Positions 9,074 to 19,344 are shown, counted from the first letter of the stretch. The stretch: 64,000 nt of DNA from Deltaproteobacteria bacterium (GCA_037444165.1 JBBIMX010000004.1:19-64018), one strand, 5' to 3'. Made by a program: numbers and translations. The notes: a model not told the origin generated them from the letters alone.

Positions 9074-10420
9074 ATGTTTGAAAACCTGTCTGCCAAATTA
9101 GACTCTATTTTTAAGAGATTAAGGGGCCATGGAAAATTAACGGAAGACAATATCCAAGAGGCCTTAAAGGAGGTCAGGATTGCTCTCCTTGAGGCCGATG
9201 TCCATTTTAAAATTGTCAAGGACTTCATCCAGTCGGTTCAGCAAAGGGCGATAGGTCAGGAAGTGATGGGGAGTCTTACCCCTGCCCAACAACTCATCAA
9301 GATCGTCAAGGAGGAATTGACCTCCCTGATGGGTGGTGAGGAACAGAAGATCAATCTTTCTGGAAGTCCACCCGTCCCCATTATGCTGGTAGGCCTTCAT
9401 GGCTCCGGAAAGACGACCACCGCGGCCAAACTTGCCCGATACTTTCAAGAAAGAAAGAGACGACCTTACCTCGTCCCTGCAGACGTTTACCGTCCAGCGG
9501 CCATCGAACAGCTTCAGAAATTAGGAAAAGAGTTGAGGGTTGATTTTTACCAACCCACCCCGGAGCAGAGTCCCCTGGAGATTTGTCTTAAAGCGAAAGA
9601 GATCGCTTTAAAGGGAGGGTATGACCTATTTTTGATTGATACCGCTGGAAGACTCCATATCGATGAAGCTCTCATGCTTGAGCTTCGAGAGATTAAATCT
9701 CATCTTCAGCCCAGAGAAGTTCTTTTAGTCGCAGATGCTATGACCGGACAGGATGCTGTCAATATCGCTAAGAGTTTTAATGAACGTTTAGGAATTGACG
9801 GAGTGATCCTTACCAAGATGGATGGAGATGCGCGGGGAGGAGCCGCCCTTTCCATTCGTGCGGTGACCCAAAAACCAATCAAGTTCATCGGGGTGGGAGA
9901 AAAGTTGGACGCCCTGGAGGTTTTCCATCCCGACCGGATGGCCTCAAGAATCTTAGGAATGGGCGATGTATTAAGTTTGATTGAGAAAGCAGAAGCCCTT
10001 TATGACGAAAAGAAAGCAAAAGAACTTGAGCGAAAGATTCGAAAGGATTCTTTTACCCTGGAGGATTTTCGGGATCAACTCCGTCAGGTTCGGAAGATGG
10101 GTTCCCTGGAGTCCATTCTGAGCATGATCCCTGGAATGTCAAAAAGGGTGAAAGGAATGGCAGACCTGGAATTGGATGAGAAAAAGTTGATCAGGGTCGA
10201 AGCGATCATTAACTCAATGACCCCTCAGGAACGGGCCAATGTCTCCATCCTCAATGGAAGCAGAAGGCTAAGAATTGCGAAAGGAAGTGGCACGACTGTT
10301 CAAGAAGTGAATCAACTCTTAAAACAATATCTTCAGGCCAAGAAGATGATGAAACGTTTTGCTCAACTGGAGAAGAAGAGGATCCGTGGTGGAAGAATGC
10401 CTTCCTTCTTAGGATCCTAA
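9074..10420 (+). CDS. ffh: Signal recognition particle protein Ffh
   Basis: An N domain, a G domain (GLHGSGKTTT, DTAGR, TKMDGD) and a methionine-rich M domain are all present. Confidence 0.95.
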   Translation: MFENLSAKLDSIFKRLRGHGKLTEDNIQEALKEVRIALLEADVHFKIVKDFIQSVQQRAIGQEVMGSLTPAQQLIKIVKEELTSLMGGEEQKINLSGSPPVPIMLVGLHGSGKTTTAAKLARYFQERKRRPYLVPADVYRPAAIEQLQKLGKELRVDFYQPTPEQSPLEICLKAKEIALKGGYDLFLIDTAGRLHIDEALMLELREIKSHLQPREVLLVADAMTGQDAVNIAKSFNERLGIDGVILTKMDGDARGGAALSIRAVTQKPIKFIGVGEKLDALEVFHPDRMASRILGMGDVLSLIEKAEALYDEKKAKELERKIRKDSFTLEDFRDQLRQVRKMGSLESILSMIPGMSKRVKGMADLELDEKKLIRVEAIINSMTPQERANVSILNGSRRLRIAKGSGTTVQEVNQLLKQYLQAKKMMKRFAQLEKKRIRGGRMPSFLGS

Positions 10421-10465
10421 ATGGAAACGGATGAATTGAGACAAAGGAGGTGTATCAGAGCGATC

Positions 10466-10729
10466 ATGGCCGTATCAATGAGATTGATGAGATTTGGAGA
10501 AAAGAAGAGACCTTTTTATCGAATCGTTGTTTCGGATTGCCGCTCCCCAAGGGATGGACGATTTATTGAGCAGATAGGGGTATACGACCCCCATCGGAAT
10601 CCTGCAGAGGTGCGTTTTAAAGAAGAAAGAACGATCGATTGGTTAAAAAAAGGGGCTCAGCCGACTCAAACCGTTCGTCAGCTTTTGATTCGATCGGGAA
10701 TCTATAAAAAGTGGGCTGAAGGCCAATAG
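10466..10729 (+). CDS. rpsP: 30S ribosomal protein S16
   Basis: The MAVSMRLMRFGEKKRPFYRIVV start matches S16. The ORF-track start at 10421 is probably an upstream in-frame extension. Confidence 0.85.
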   Translation: MAVSMRLMRFGEKKRPFYRIVVSDCRSPRDGRFIEQIGVYDPHRNPAEVRFKEERTIDWLKKGAQPTQTVRQLLIRSGIYKKWAEGQ

Positions 10730-10811
10730 GTGAAAGGACCTTTTCCCATTGGTTCATTTTAGGTTGACTTTTAGGAATCTCATTCAGAGAGATTGCTTTA
10801 AGTGGAGGTGG

Positions 10812-11051
10812 ATGATGACAACGAAAGAATTAATCGAGTATATTGCGAAGGCCCTGGTAGATCATCCAGAACAGGTAAGGGTTTCTGAGATTGAAGGGGA
10901 GAAGACCTCTGTCATCGAACTCTCGGTGGCGAAAGAAGACTTGGGAAAAGTGATCGGGAAACAGGGTAGGACCGCAAGGGCGATTCGAGTGATCCTGGGA
11001 GCGGCTTCTGCCAATTTAGGAAAACATTCGGTGTTAGAGATCATCGAATAG
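10812..11051 (+). CDS. KH-domain RNA-binding protein (UPF0109/YlqC-like)
   Basis: [14 protein letters not shown] motif is present. The gene sits in the conserved position between rpsP and rimM. The start is taken at MMTTKE. Confidence 0.75.
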   Translation: MMTTKELIEYIAKALVDHPEQVRVSEIEGEKTSVIELSVAKEDLGKVIGKQGRTARAIRVILGAASANLGKHSVLEIIE

Positions 11052-11130
11052 CAAGCCCCTGATTCTCATATCAAGAAATTCAAAAAAGAAAATAACTCCT
11101 CTGACCCCAGGAGAGGGAAGTGGATTTCTC

Positions 11131-11661
11131 ATGGGCGAAACCGATTTTTGCCTGATCGGAAAAGTGATAAAACCTCATGGAGTCAGAGGGAAGATGAAAG
11201 TTGAATATTTTGGAGAAAGCCTCGATGGGTTTTCTTCCTATCGAATTGTCTATGTCCAGATAGAGCCTGGCAAATGGAAACCCTACGAGGTTGTAAAGAT
11301 TTTCCCTCAGCCACCTCGTCTTATTATTCAATTAAAAGGGGTTGAAAGGAGAGAAGAAACGGATCCTCTGATCGGGAAGGACATCTATGTCAAAAAGGAG
11401 GAGATGCCCAAATTAAGGGAAGGAGAATATTACTGGTTTGAGATCTTAGGATTAGAGGTAAAGACAAAAGAGGGGAGAACCCTTGGAAGGATAAAGGAAA
11501 TCTTTCCCACCGGCGCCAATGATGTTTATGTGGTCAAAGGAAAACGTAGAGAGATCTTTCTTCCCGCTATTGAAAAAGTGATTGAAAAGGTGGACCTTGA
11601 GAGAGGAATAATGGAGGTGGCCTGGATGGAAGGTCTTTGGGAGAAAGAGGATGAAATTTGA
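11131..11661 (+). CDS. rimM: 16S rRNA processing protein RimM
   Basis: The N-terminus ([16 protein letters not shown]) and a PRC-barrel C-terminus match RimM. It lies in the rpsP-rimM-trmD context. Confidence 0.85.
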   Translation: MGETDFCLIGKVIKPHGVRGKMKVEYFGESLDGFSSYRIVYVQIEPGKWKPYEVVKIFPQPPRLIIQLKGVERREETDPLIGKDIYVKKEEMPKLREGEYYWFEILGLEVKTKEGRTLGRIKEIFPTGANDVYVVKGKRREIFLPAIEKVIEKVDLERGIMEVAWMEGLWEKEDEI

Positions 11662-12397
11662 TATCCTAACCCTCTTTCCAAACCTGTTTTCCTCTCCTTT
11701 TCAGGAGAGCATCCTTGGAAAGGCTCTCGCCAAAGGGCTCATCCAGATTCGGGTGATCAATATTCGGGATTTCAGTCTTGATCCCCATCGAGAAGTAGAC
11801 GATGCCCCTTATGGAGGGGGAGCAGGAATGGTCATGAAAGTCGAACCCATTGCTCGAGCCATTGAGTGGATCAAATCAGAAAACCCCTCTGCATGGACGA
11901 TTTACCTCACCCCCCAGGGGAAAACTCTGAACCAGGAGATCGCTCGAGAACTTTCCACTCGATCTCACCTCGTTCTCCTCTGTGGTCGATATGAAGGAGT
12001 CGATGAGAGAGTGAGGGAACTTTTTGTGGATCAAGAGATCTCTATAGGAGACTATGTGTTAACAGGTGGAGAGTTTGCTGCAATGGTTCTGGTCGATGTC
12101 GTATCAAGACTTCTCCCGGGGGTATTAGGCTCAGATCGTTCAGCCCTTGAGGATTCTTTCTCCCAATCCCTTTTAGAGTATCCCCAGTATACTCGACCCG
12201 CCAACTTCAGGGGACACCTTGTCCCAGAAATCCTTCTTTCAGGTAATCACTCTGCTATCTCTCGATGGAGGAGGAAAGAAGCACTCAAACGGACTTATTT
12301 AAGAAGGCCCGACCTTCTGGAGAAGGCCAATCTTTCTCAGGAAGATTGGGTTCTCCTCGAAGAGATTCAAAAAGAAGGGGTAAAAGAAAAGAGATGA
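11651..12397 (+). CDS. trmD: tRNA (guanine37-N1)-methyltransferase TrmD
   Basis: The SPOUT TrmD start ([10 protein letters not shown]) and SAM-loop motifs ([21 protein letters not shown]) are present. Confidence 0.9.
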   Translation: MKFDILTLFPNLFSSPFQESILGKALAKGLIQIRVINIRDFSLDPHREVDDAPYGGGAGMVMKVEPIARAIEWIKSENPSAWTIYLTPQGKTLNQEIARELSTRSHLVLLCGRYEGVDERVRELFVDQEISIGDYVLTGGEFAAMVLVDVVSRLLPGVLGSDRSALEDSFSQSLLEYPQYTRPANFRGHLVPEILLSGNHSAISRWRRKEALKRTYLRRPDLLEKANLSQEDWVLLEEIQKEGVKEKR

Positions 12398-13002
12398 AGG
12401 GGAAAAGGAATCTCTATATCGGGTTGGTCCATTATCCTGTCTACAACAGGAGAAGGGAGATTGCCGCCACCGCTGTGACCAATCTGGATATTCATGATTT
12501 AGCCCGCTGTGCCAGAACTTTTGATCTACCCGGCTTTTTCGTTGTGACCCCACTGGAGAGTCAGATTCAATTAGTTCAAAGAATCATTCGCCATTGGTTA
12601 GAAGGGGAAGGGGCGATCTATAATCCCACTCGAAAGGAGGCCCTCTCTTTGATTCAGGTGTCTCGAAGTATTGAAGAAGCAGAACAGAGGATCTTTCACC
12701 TATGGGAAAAGAGACCTAAACGAATTGTTACCGGGGCTTCTCCTTCACCTTCAGCCATTGATTATGAGGAGGCCAGAAGGCTGTTAAAAGACCAAGAGAC
12801 GCCCTACTTTCTTCTTTTCGGCACAGGATGGGGATTGGTCCAGGAAGTGAAAGACCATTCCGATTATGTATTGGCACCTATCGAAGGAAAAGGTTATAAT
12901 CATCTGTCCGTTCGGACAGCTGCGGCGATCATCCTTGATCGGCTATTAAGGGATCGTAAGGAAAAGAAGGGAGAAGAAGATGGATCCATTGGAGAGGGTT
13001 GA
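12394..13002 (+). CDS. Conserved hypothetical protein, possibly a SPOUT-like RNA methyltransferase (Methyltrn_RNA_4/DUF2168-like)
   Basis: An ATGA start/stop overlap with trmD puts the start at 12394. The C-terminus ([19 protein letters not shown]) resembles a SPOUT terminal motif. The gene sits between trmD and rplS. Confidence 0.4.
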   Translation: MKGKRNLYIGLVHYPVYNRRREIAATAVTNLDIHDLARCARTFDLPGFFVVTPLESQIQLVQRIIRHWLEGEGAIYNPTRKEALSLIQVSRSIEEAEQRIFHLWEKRPKRIVTGASPSPSAIDYEEARRLLKDQETPYFLLFGTGWGLVQEVKDHSDYVLAPIEGKGYNHLSVRTAAAIILDRLLRDRKEKKGEEDGSIGEG

Positions 13003-13333
13003 AAGAGAATATCTAAGAACAGACTTGCCTGACTTCAGGGTGGGCGACACCGTTCGTGTCCATGTAAAGATTATTGAGGGAGACAAAGAAAGGATCCAAC
13101 CTTTTGAAGGGGTGGTCATTCAGAAAAAGGGAGGTGGGGTTCGCTCTACCTTCACGGTAAGAAAGATCTCCTATGGGATTGGTGTGGAGAGAATCTTCCC
13201 TCTTCACTCCCCTCGAATTGACCGAATCGATATCATTAGTCGCGGGAAAGTAAGACGGGCCAAACTGTTCTATTTGAGGAACCTGAAAGGGAAGGCAGCC
13301 CGGATTCGAGGAGAGAAAAAACAGGAAGCCTGA
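12980..13333 (+). CDS. rplS: 50S ribosomal protein L19
   Basis: The sequence [29 protein letters not shown] is typical of L19. Confidence 0.9.
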   Translation: MDPLERVEREYLRTDLPDFRVGDTVRVHVKIIEGDKERIQPFEGVVIQKKGGGVRSTFTVRKISYGIGVERIFPLHSPRIDRIDIISRGKVRRAKLFYLRNLKGKAARIRGEKKQEA

Positions 13334-13345
13334 TCGATCGAGGGA

Positions 13346-13948
13346 ATGGACTATTTTGAAACGCGTTATACTCAGGAAGGGTATGTTCGGATTGCCGGGG
13401 TGGATGAAGCAGGAAGAGGGCCCCTCGCCGGACCGGTCGTAGCTGCCGCTATTATTCTTCCTCCCGAAGGAGTGGGAGAACCCCTCTTCGATTCCAAAAA
13501 GCTCTCTCCCAAAAAGAGAGAAAGACTCTACGACATCCTCTGCTCGAAAGCCCTTGCCATTGGGATTGGGATCGTCTCTTCAGAAGAGATTGACTCTCTC
13601 AATATTCTTCAGGCCACTCTAAAGGCAATGACCCAAGCCGTTGAGCATCTCTCTATTTCTCCCGACCTCCTCCTCATCGATGGACCCCATGGCCTCCCTC
13701 TTTCGATTCCTCAAAAGGCGATCCCTAAAGGAGATCAACTCTCTAATTCCATCGCTGCCGCATCCATTATAGCCAAAGTCACTCGAGATCGATTGATGCT
13801 CCAGTTTCATCAAAAGTATCCTCAATATAATTTTGCCAGACACAAAGGCTATGGAACTCTGGAACACCGGAAGGCGATCGAACAGTTTGGAATCTGTGAC
13901 ATTCACCGAAAAACCTTTCGAGGGGTAAGGGAATTCTTCGATCGATAA
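13346..13948 (+). CDS. rnhB: Ribonuclease HII
   Basis: The catalytic N-terminus (IAGVDEAGRGPLAGPVVAAAI) matches RNase HII. Confidence 0.9.
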   Translation: MDYFETRYTQEGYVRIAGVDEAGRGPLAGPVVAAAIILPPEGVGEPLFDSKKLSPKKRERLYDILCSKALAIGIGIVSSEEIDSLNILQATLKAMTQAVEHLSISPDLLLIDGPHGLPLSIPQKAIPKGDQLSNSIAAASIIAKVTRDRLMLQFHQKYPQYNFARHKGYGTLEHRKAIEQFGICDIHRKTFRGVREFFDR

Positions 13949-13976
13949 ACCCTTCGGAAAGGATCGTCTTATTAAG

Positions 13977-14357
13977 TTGAAGGAACCTTCCATTGATAAG
14001 AAGAGGATTGGGAGACGAGGGGAAGAAGTAGCCCTTCGTTTTTTAAGAAAGAATGGATATCGTATCCTTGAAAAAAATTATCTCTGTAAAATGGGTGAGG
14101 TGGATATCGTTGCAAAAGAAAAGGATACCCTCGCCTTCATCGAGGTGAAGACAAGAACCTCCACCGAATTTGGTCCCCCTCAGCTGGCTGTGGACACGGC
14201 CAAACAGAGACAGCTCTCAAAAGTGGCTCTCCATTATTTGAAGGAGAAACGTCTCGAAGAGGTCAAAGCAAGATTCGATGTCGTCTCCGTGATTTTGGGA
14301 TCGAGAGGAGAAGAGATCGAACTCATTCGAGACGCCTTTGAACTCCAATATCCCTAA
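13977..14357 (+). CDS. YraN/UPF0102 family endonuclease
   Basis: An RRGEEVALRFL...GEVDIVAKE...IEVKTR core is present, in the conserved position after rnhB. Confidence 0.8.
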   Translation: MKEPSIDKKRIGRRGEEVALRFLRKNGYRILEKNYLCKMGEVDIVAKEKDTLAFIEVKTRTSTEFGPPQLAVDTAKQRQLSKVALHYLKEKRLEEVKARFDVVSVILGSRGEEIELIRDAFELQYP

Positions 14358-14454
14358 ATCTCTTTTCATGATAAATTTCGGGGAGTAACCCATCACCGAA
14401 GGGTGGAAATAAAATTAAGCCTGAGTGAGGGGTTTTTCGGGAAAACCCTTATCA

Positions 14455-14484
14455 TTGACAAACTGAAAAAATTTATTTTATATT
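14455..14484 (+). promoter_or_regulatory. Sigma70-type promoter: TTGACA at 14455-14460, an 18 nt spacer, and TATATT at 14479-14484
   Basis: Consensus -35 and a near-consensus -10 lie immediately upstream of the TPP aptamer. Confidence 0.45.
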
Positions 14485-14489
14485 TTAAT

Positions 14490-14585
14490 CAACGCTAGGG
14501 GAGCTCAAAAGGCTGAGAGTCCCCACGCCAAAGTGGGGAGACCCTTTGAACCTGTTTGGGTAATTCCAGCGAAGGGAAGCGGAAA
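14490..14585 (+). ncRNA. TPP (thiamine pyrophosphate) riboswitch aptamer (THI element)
   Basis: The aptamer core signatures are GGGGAGC...CTGAGA...ACCCTTTGAACCTG...GGGTAAT.CCAGCG.AGGGAA. It lies directly upstream of thi4-thiDN-thiC. Confidence 0.85.
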
Positions 14586-14595
14586 CGAATTGAAG

Positions 14596-14636
14596 AAGCC
14601 GTAATACCTCCAATGGAATTACGGCTTTTTTATTTC
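14596..14636 (+). terminator. Rho-independent terminator or attenuator (riboswitch expression platform)
   Basis: A perfect 10 bp stem (AAGCCGTAAT at 14596-14605 pairs with ATTACGGCTT at 14618-14627) has a 12 nt loop and is followed by TTTTTATTT. Confidence 0.7.
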
Positions 14637-14644
14637 CAGAATCG

Positions 14645-15445
14645 TTGAAGAGGGGGAAAATCTCAATGGATGAAAGGATCATCACTCAGGCCATCATTGA
14701 TCGGTATTTTCAGAAGTTAAAAGAGAATCTTTCCGTGGATGTGGCTGTGGTTGGAGGGGGACCTTCTGGTCTGGTCTGTTCCTATTTCCTTTCCAAGAAT
14801 GGATACAAAGTGGCCCTTTTTGAAAGAAAGCTATCCATTGGAGGAGGAATGTGGGGAGGAGGAATGATGTTTAATGAGATCGTCGTTCAGGAGGAAGGAA
14901 AAAGGATTCTTGATGAGTTTGAGATTCGTTCTCGTCCTTACTGCGAAGGCTACTACACTGCCGATTCTATCGAAGCCATCTCGACCCTCTGTTCAAAAAC
15001 AATAAAGGCCGGGGTTAGCATCTTTAATCTAATCAGTGCTGAAGATCTTATTGTGCGAGAGAATCGAGTCAATGGTTTAGTTCTTAATTGGACAGCCGTG
15101 GAGATGGCCCACCTCCATGTAGATCCATTAACCATTCATTCTAAATTTGTTGTGGACGCAACGGGTCACGCCACCGAGGTCGTCGCCATTCTTCAGAGGA
15201 AGAACGATGTTCGTCTGTCCACCGAGACCGGGAAGATTGTGGGAGAGAGATCCCTATGGGCGGAGGCAGCCGAAAGGGATACTCTTCTCAATACAAGAGA
15301 AGTCTATCCAGGACTCTATGTAACAGGAATGGCCGCCAACGCCACGTTCGGTTCCTATCGGATGGGACCTGTCTTTGGAGGAATGCTTCTCTCAGGAGAA
15401 AAAGCAGCCTCTTTGATCACCCAGGAGTTAAAAAGATGGAAGTAA
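14645..15445 (+). CDS. thi4: Thiazole synthase, Thi4 family
   Basis: A GxGxxG FAD/NAD fold ([11 protein letters not shown]) and the [12 protein letters not shown] motif typical of Thi4/THI1 are present. The true start may be MDERI at 14666. Confidence 0.8.
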   Translation: MKRGKISMDERIITQAIIDRYFQKLKENLSVDVAVVGGGPSGLVCSYFLSKNGYKVALFERKLSIGGGMWGGGMMFNEIVVQEEGKRILDEFEIRSRPYCEGYYTADSIEAISTLCSKTIKAGVSIFNLISAEDLIVRENRVNGLVLNWTAVEMAHLHVDPLTIHSKFVVDATGHATEVVAILQRKNDVRLSTETGKIVGERSLWAEAAERDTLLNTREVYPGLYVTGMAANATFGSYRMGPVFGGMLLSGEKAASLITQELKRWK

Positions 15446-16770
15446 AGCGAATTCTCACCATTGCAGGATCCGATTCTGGAGGAGGGGCAGGGATTCAGGC
15501 AGATCTAAAGGCCATCACCCTTCTGGATGGTTACGGGATGAGTGTGGTGACCGCCCTTACAGCCCAGAATACCCTTGGCGTTCAGGCCATTCAAGAAATC
15601 TCTGCCTCTTTTGTGGCCAAACAGATCGATTCCGTTCTCTCTGATATCGGTGCAGATGCCATCAAGACAGGAATGCTTCCCAACCGTGAGATCATTGAGG
15701 TCGTGGCGAAAAAGATTAAACAGTATGGAATCGAAACCGTGGTAGTGGACCCGGTCATGGTCTCTAAAAATGGAGTCCCTCTCATTCGAAAAGACGCTCA
15801 GGAGGCCTTGATCAGAAGATTGATCCCTCTCTCTTTGATGGTGACACCCAATCTTTACGAGGCCTCCATCCTTACGGGACTAAAAGTGAATTCCATTGAC
15901 GGAATGCGAAAGGCAGCGGTTCGACTGTGGGAGCTTGGAGCCAAGAACGTCCTCATCAAAGGGGGGCACCTGAGAGGAATGGCTATTGATATTCTTTTTG
16001 ATGGAAATAATTATGCGGAGATTTCAGCTCCGAGGATAAAGACAAAGAATACCCATGGCACCGGCTGTACCCTTGCCTCCGCTATTGCTACCCTTTTAGC
16101 CAAGGGGGAATCTATCCCTGAAGCAGTGAGAAAGGCCAAGCTATTCATCAACCTTGCTATTCAAGCCGGTCTCCCTATTGGAAAGGGGAATGGTCCAACC
16201 AATCCTTCTGCTTACATCCTGAAAGAAATGGAACGCTATCCTGTTCTTCAAGAGTTAAAGAGAGCGATAAGGGTATTAAAAGAAAACCAGATCGGCCCTC
16301 TTATCCCAGAGGTCTCTTCCAATTTAGGTTACGCCCTTCCTTTTGCCGAAGGAATAGGGGATGTGGCTGCCTTTCCGGGAAGAATCATTCGAGTCGGAGA
16401 GACCATCGCTGTGCTCGGGGACCCGGAGTTTGGCGTCTCCCAACATGTGGCCCGAATCATTCTCACCGTGATGAAATGGAATCCAGAGTATTGCTCCGCC
16501 ATGAATATAAGATACTCTAAAGAAAATGTGGCAAGGCTCGAGGGAAAAGGGTTTACGGGAGGCCATTTTGAGAGAAGGCTCGAACCTAAAGAGATTAAAG
16601 CAACGGAGGGGTCATCTCTTGAATGGGGGGTTCAAGAGGTTCTGAAAAAGAAAAGAAGTGTCCCCGATTTTATCTACGATGAAGGAGAGGTAGGGAAAGA
16701 GCCAATGATTCGTATTTTAGGAAGAAACCCGATGGATGTGGTCAATAAGATTCTAAAGGCCTTCAAATAA
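15436..16770 (+). CDS. thiDN: Bifunctional ThiD-ThiN: hydroxymethylpyrimidine/phosphomethylpyrimidine kinase fused to a C-terminal ThiN-type thiamine-phosphate synthase domain
   Basis: The ATG at 15436 overlaps the thi4 stop. The N-terminus ([20 protein letters not shown]) matches ThiD. The C-terminal 170 aa match the ThiN domain. The first 60 codons of the ORF-track frame are rejected because they overlap thi4. Confidence 0.75.
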   Translation: MEVKRILTIAGSDSGGGAGIQADLKAITLLDGYGMSVVTALTAQNTLGVQAIQEISASFVAKQIDSVLSDIGADAIKTGMLPNREIIEVVAKKIKQYGIETVVVDPVMVSKNGVPLIRKDAQEALIRRLIPLSLMVTPNLYEASILTGLKVNSIDGMRKAAVRLWELGAKNVLIKGGHLRGMAIDILFDGNNYAEISAPRIKTKNTHGTGCTLASAIATLLAKGESIPEAVRKAKLFINLAIQAGLPIGKGNGPTNPSAYILKEMERYPVLQELKRAIRVLKENQIGPLIPEVSSNLGYALPFAEGIGDVAAFPGRIIRVGETIAVLGDPEFGVSQHVARIILTVMKWNPEYCSAMNIRYSKENVARLEGKGFTGGHFERRLEPKEIKATEGSSLEWGVQEVLKKKRSVPDFIYDEGEVGKEPMIRILGRNPMDVVNKILKAFK

Positions 16771-16802
16771 TCGATCTCCCAAGGAAGGAGGAAGAGAATT
16801 CC

Positions 16803-18092
16803 ATGACACAGAGGATTCAGGCACAAAAAGGAAATATCACAGAAGAGATGAGGAGGGTTGCTCAAGAGGAAGGGGTCTCTCCGGAGTGGCTTCGGGAGAA
16901 GATGGCTTCAGGGCGTATCGTCATCCTCGCGAATCGAAATCATAAAGGAGTCAAACCGGTCGGTGTTGGAGAGGGCCTTCGAATTAAAGTCAATACCAAC
17001 ATTGGAACGTCCTCCGATCATATCGATTTAGAAGAAGAATTGAAAAAACTGGAGGTGGCTATTCAGGCAGGGACCGATACGGTGATGGACCTGAGTACGG
17101 GTGGAGACATCGATACGATTCGAAAAGAGATCATTCGAAACTCTCCCATTCCGGTAGGGACAGTGCCAATCTATGAGGCCGCCGTAAGAGCAGCGAGAGA
17201 AAGAAAGGCCTTGGCCCATATGAGGGTCCAGGACCTTTTTGAGGTCATTGAACGACAGGCTGAAGAAGGAGTCGACTTTATGACCCTCCACTGTGGAGTC
17301 ACTCGCCATGCCGTAGAACGTCTAAGAAAGGCAAAAAGATTCTTAGGAGTGGTTAGCCGAGGAGGCTCTTTTTTGATCGAATGGATGATTTATAACGGCC
17401 AGGAGAATCCGTTGTATGAGTATTATGATCGACTCTTGGAGATTGCAAAGTCCTATGACGTGACCCTAAGTTTGGGGGATGGGTTAAGACCAGGATGTTT
17501 AGCGGATGCTACCGATCGACCTCAGGTGGAGGAGACCATCCTTCTTGGAGAGTTGACCGAAAGGGCATGGGCAGAAGGGGTCCAAGTGATGATTGAGGGA
17601 CCTGGCCATGTTCCCCTTGACCAGATTGAGGCGAATATCCTCTTAGAAAAAAGATTATGCAAAGGGGCTCCCTTCTATGTATTAGGTCCGTTAGTCACAG
17701 ATATCACTCCTGGTTACGATCACATCACCTGTGCGATTGGGGGGGCCATTGCAGGGAAGGCAGGGGCAGACTTCCTCTGCTATGTCACTCCATCAGAACA
17801 TCTTAAACTCCCCTCTGTAGAAGATGTTCGAGAAGGAGTGATCGCTACGAGAATTGCAGGTCATGCGGCTGATATTGCAAGGGGAAATAGAAAAGCCCTT
17901 GAGCGGGACTTAGAGATGTCAATAGCGCGCAGGGAATTTAACTGGGAGAGGCAGATCGAACTCTCCATCGATCCGGAAAAGGCCCGACGCTATCATGATG
18001 AAGGAAAGTCTACCACAAAGGATGTCTGTACCATGTGTGGAGAGTTCTGTGCCATCAAGAGGGTAAAAGATTTTTTTGAAAGTGAATCCTAA
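16803..18092 (+). CDS. thiC: Phosphomethylpyrimidine synthase ThiC
   Basis: Similarity runs the full length, and the C-terminal Fe-S motif CTMCGEFC is present. Confidence 0.9.
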   Translation: MTQRIQAQKGNITEEMRRVAQEEGVSPEWLREKMASGRIVILANRNHKGVKPVGVGEGLRIKVNTNIGTSSDHIDLEEELKKLEVAIQAGTDTVMDLSTGGDIDTIRKEIIRNSPIPVGTVPIYEAAVRAARERKALAHMRVQDLFEVIERQAEEGVDFMTLHCGVTRHAVERLRKAKRFLGVVSRGGSFLIEWMIYNGQENPLYEYYDRLLEIAKSYDVTLSLGDGLRPGCLADATDRPQVEETILLGELTERAWAEGVQVMIEGPGHVPLDQIEANILLEKRLCKGAPFYVLGPLVTDITPGYDHITCAIGGAIAGKAGADFLCYVTPSEHLKLPSVEDVREGVIATRIAGHAADIARGNRKALERDLEMSIARREFNWERQIELSIDPEKARRYHDEGKSTTKDVCTMCGEFCAIKRVKDFFESES

Positions 18093-18100
18093 GGTGTCCT

Positions 18101-18128
18101 CTCAGAAAATACCCTTCATCTTTCTGAG
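18101..18128. terminator. Hairpin downstream of thiC (possible bidirectional terminator)
   Basis: An 8 bp stem (CTCAGAAA pairs with TTTCTGAG) has a 12 nt loop and is followed by AAAACGTTTT. The U-tract is weak. Confidence 0.3.
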
Positions 18129-18221
18129 AAAACGTTTTAGCAGTAAGAGTGAGGTAAGCTCAACTTTCAATTTTACCAATGACATTTGGATCTTAAGATT
18201 TTTCATTTCCTTCTACTCAAT

Positions 18222-18416
18222 TTATTCATTTGAGAAAGACTGATTCCCCTGTAAAAACCGATAAAGTTCTGATTGAAGGATTCGCCATCCTTTCCCAGCT
18301 TTAATGGCTTTGATCTTTCCCATATGGATATATTTAAGAAAGGTTGGTTTAGAAATCTTCAAATATCGGATGGCTTCATTTGTTGTCAACACGATATCTT
18401 TTTCTACCATTGACAT
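18222..18416 (-). CDS. Small excisionase/AlpA-family helix-turn-helix DNA-binding protein
   Basis: The sequence MSMVEKDIVLTTNEAIRYLKISKPTFLKYIHMGKIKAIKAGKGWRI fits the HTH_17/excisionase family. It is isolated within a 500 bp AT-rich intergenic islet. Confidence 0.55.
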   Translation of the reverse strand: MSMVEKDIVLTTNEAIRYLKISKPTFLKYIHMGKIKAIKAGKGWRILQSELYRFLQGNQSFSNE

Positions 18417-18606
18417 AGAAATTCTCCTAATTATACAATTTTTAATTAATTTTAGCAAAATTTATGCCCAAAAAGCTTGATTTTGCATTTCTGTAATTAT
18501 CTGTTTTTATTTATGAATTTTTAAATCCCTTAAAAAGGGAATAATATTGGGGTGACTTTTTGTCAAAAATGCGCAATCCCTGGTTAAAAAGGAAACAGGG
18601 GTGGGT

Positions 18607-19320
18607 TTATGTCTCTCCGAGGTAGGCTTTCCGGACCATTTCATTTCGCTGTAAATTTTTTGCTGTATCTGTGAGAACGATTACCCCAGACTGCAGGACA
18701 TATCCCCGACTTGCAACTTCGAGGGCCTTTCGTGCATTCTGTTCTACCAGAAGAATCGTGGTTCCTTCGGCATGGAGTTGTCGTATAGTATCAAAGATAT
18801 TGTCTACCAAAACTGGGGCCAATCCCATTGAGGGTTCATCCATTAAAAGGACACGGGGATTTGCCATTAAAGCTCGACCTGTGGCAAGCATTTGTTGTTC
18901 TCCACCACTGAGTGTTCCTGCAACCTGTTTTTGACGTTCTTTGAGTCGAGGGAAAAGATTGAAAACCCTTTCAAAGTTTGCCTCGATGCTTTTTGGATCG
19001 GATATGGCAAAAGCCCCCATTTCGAGGTTTTCCCTTACCGTAAGACGCCCAAAAACCCGCCGTCCTTCGGGTACCTGAACCACCCCTTTGGCCACAATTT
19101 CATGGGGACGGTAACCAGTGAGCTCTTCACCTTCAAAACGGATGGATCCATGCCGAGGGGAAAGAATGCCGCTGGTGGTCTTTAACAGAGTACTCTTTCC
19201 AGCCCCATTTGCACCGATTAAGGTAACAATCTCTCCTTTTTCTACATGGAGAGATACTCCCTTGAGGGCATGGATGTGACTATAATAGGTATGGATCTCT
19301 TCGATCTCAAGAAAAGCCAT
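18607..19320 (-). CDS. livF: Branched-chain amino acid ABC transporter ATP-binding protein LivF
   Basis: Walker A (GANGAGKST), the ABC signature (LSGGEQQ) and Walker B are present, in liv operon context. Confidence 0.85.
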   Translation of the reverse strand: MAFLEIEEIHTYYSHIHALKGVSLHVEKGEIVTLIGANGAGKSTLLKTTSGILSPRHGSIRFEGEELTGYRPHEIVAKGVVQVPEGRRVFGRLTVRENLEMGAFAISDPKSIEANFERVFNLFPRLKERQKQVAGTLSGGEQQMLATGRALMANPRVLLMDEPSMGLAPVLVDNIFDTIRQLHAEGTTILLVEQNARKALEVASRGYVLQSGVIVLTDTAKNLQRNEMVRKAYLGET

Positions 19321-19344
19321 CCCATCCTCTTTTCATAAATCCTT

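Noticed and set aside
12265-12393. First 43 codons of ORF 12265-13002 overlapping trmD
   Set aside because: The ATG at 12394 forms an ATGA coupling with the trmD stop. The upstream segment lies inside trmD and is low-complexity.
15256-15435. First 60 codons of ORF 15256-16770 overlapping thi4
   Set aside because: ThiD homology starts at [13 protein letters not shown] (ATG 15436), which overlaps the thi4 stop. The upstream translation is Arg/Ser-rich and lies inside thi4.
18093-18606. Prophage or integrative element at the AT-rich islet
   Set aside because: It is only about 500 bp. It has one HTH gene, no integrase or transposase, no tRNA and no direct repeats. It is reported as a low-interest finding rather than a mobile_element feature.
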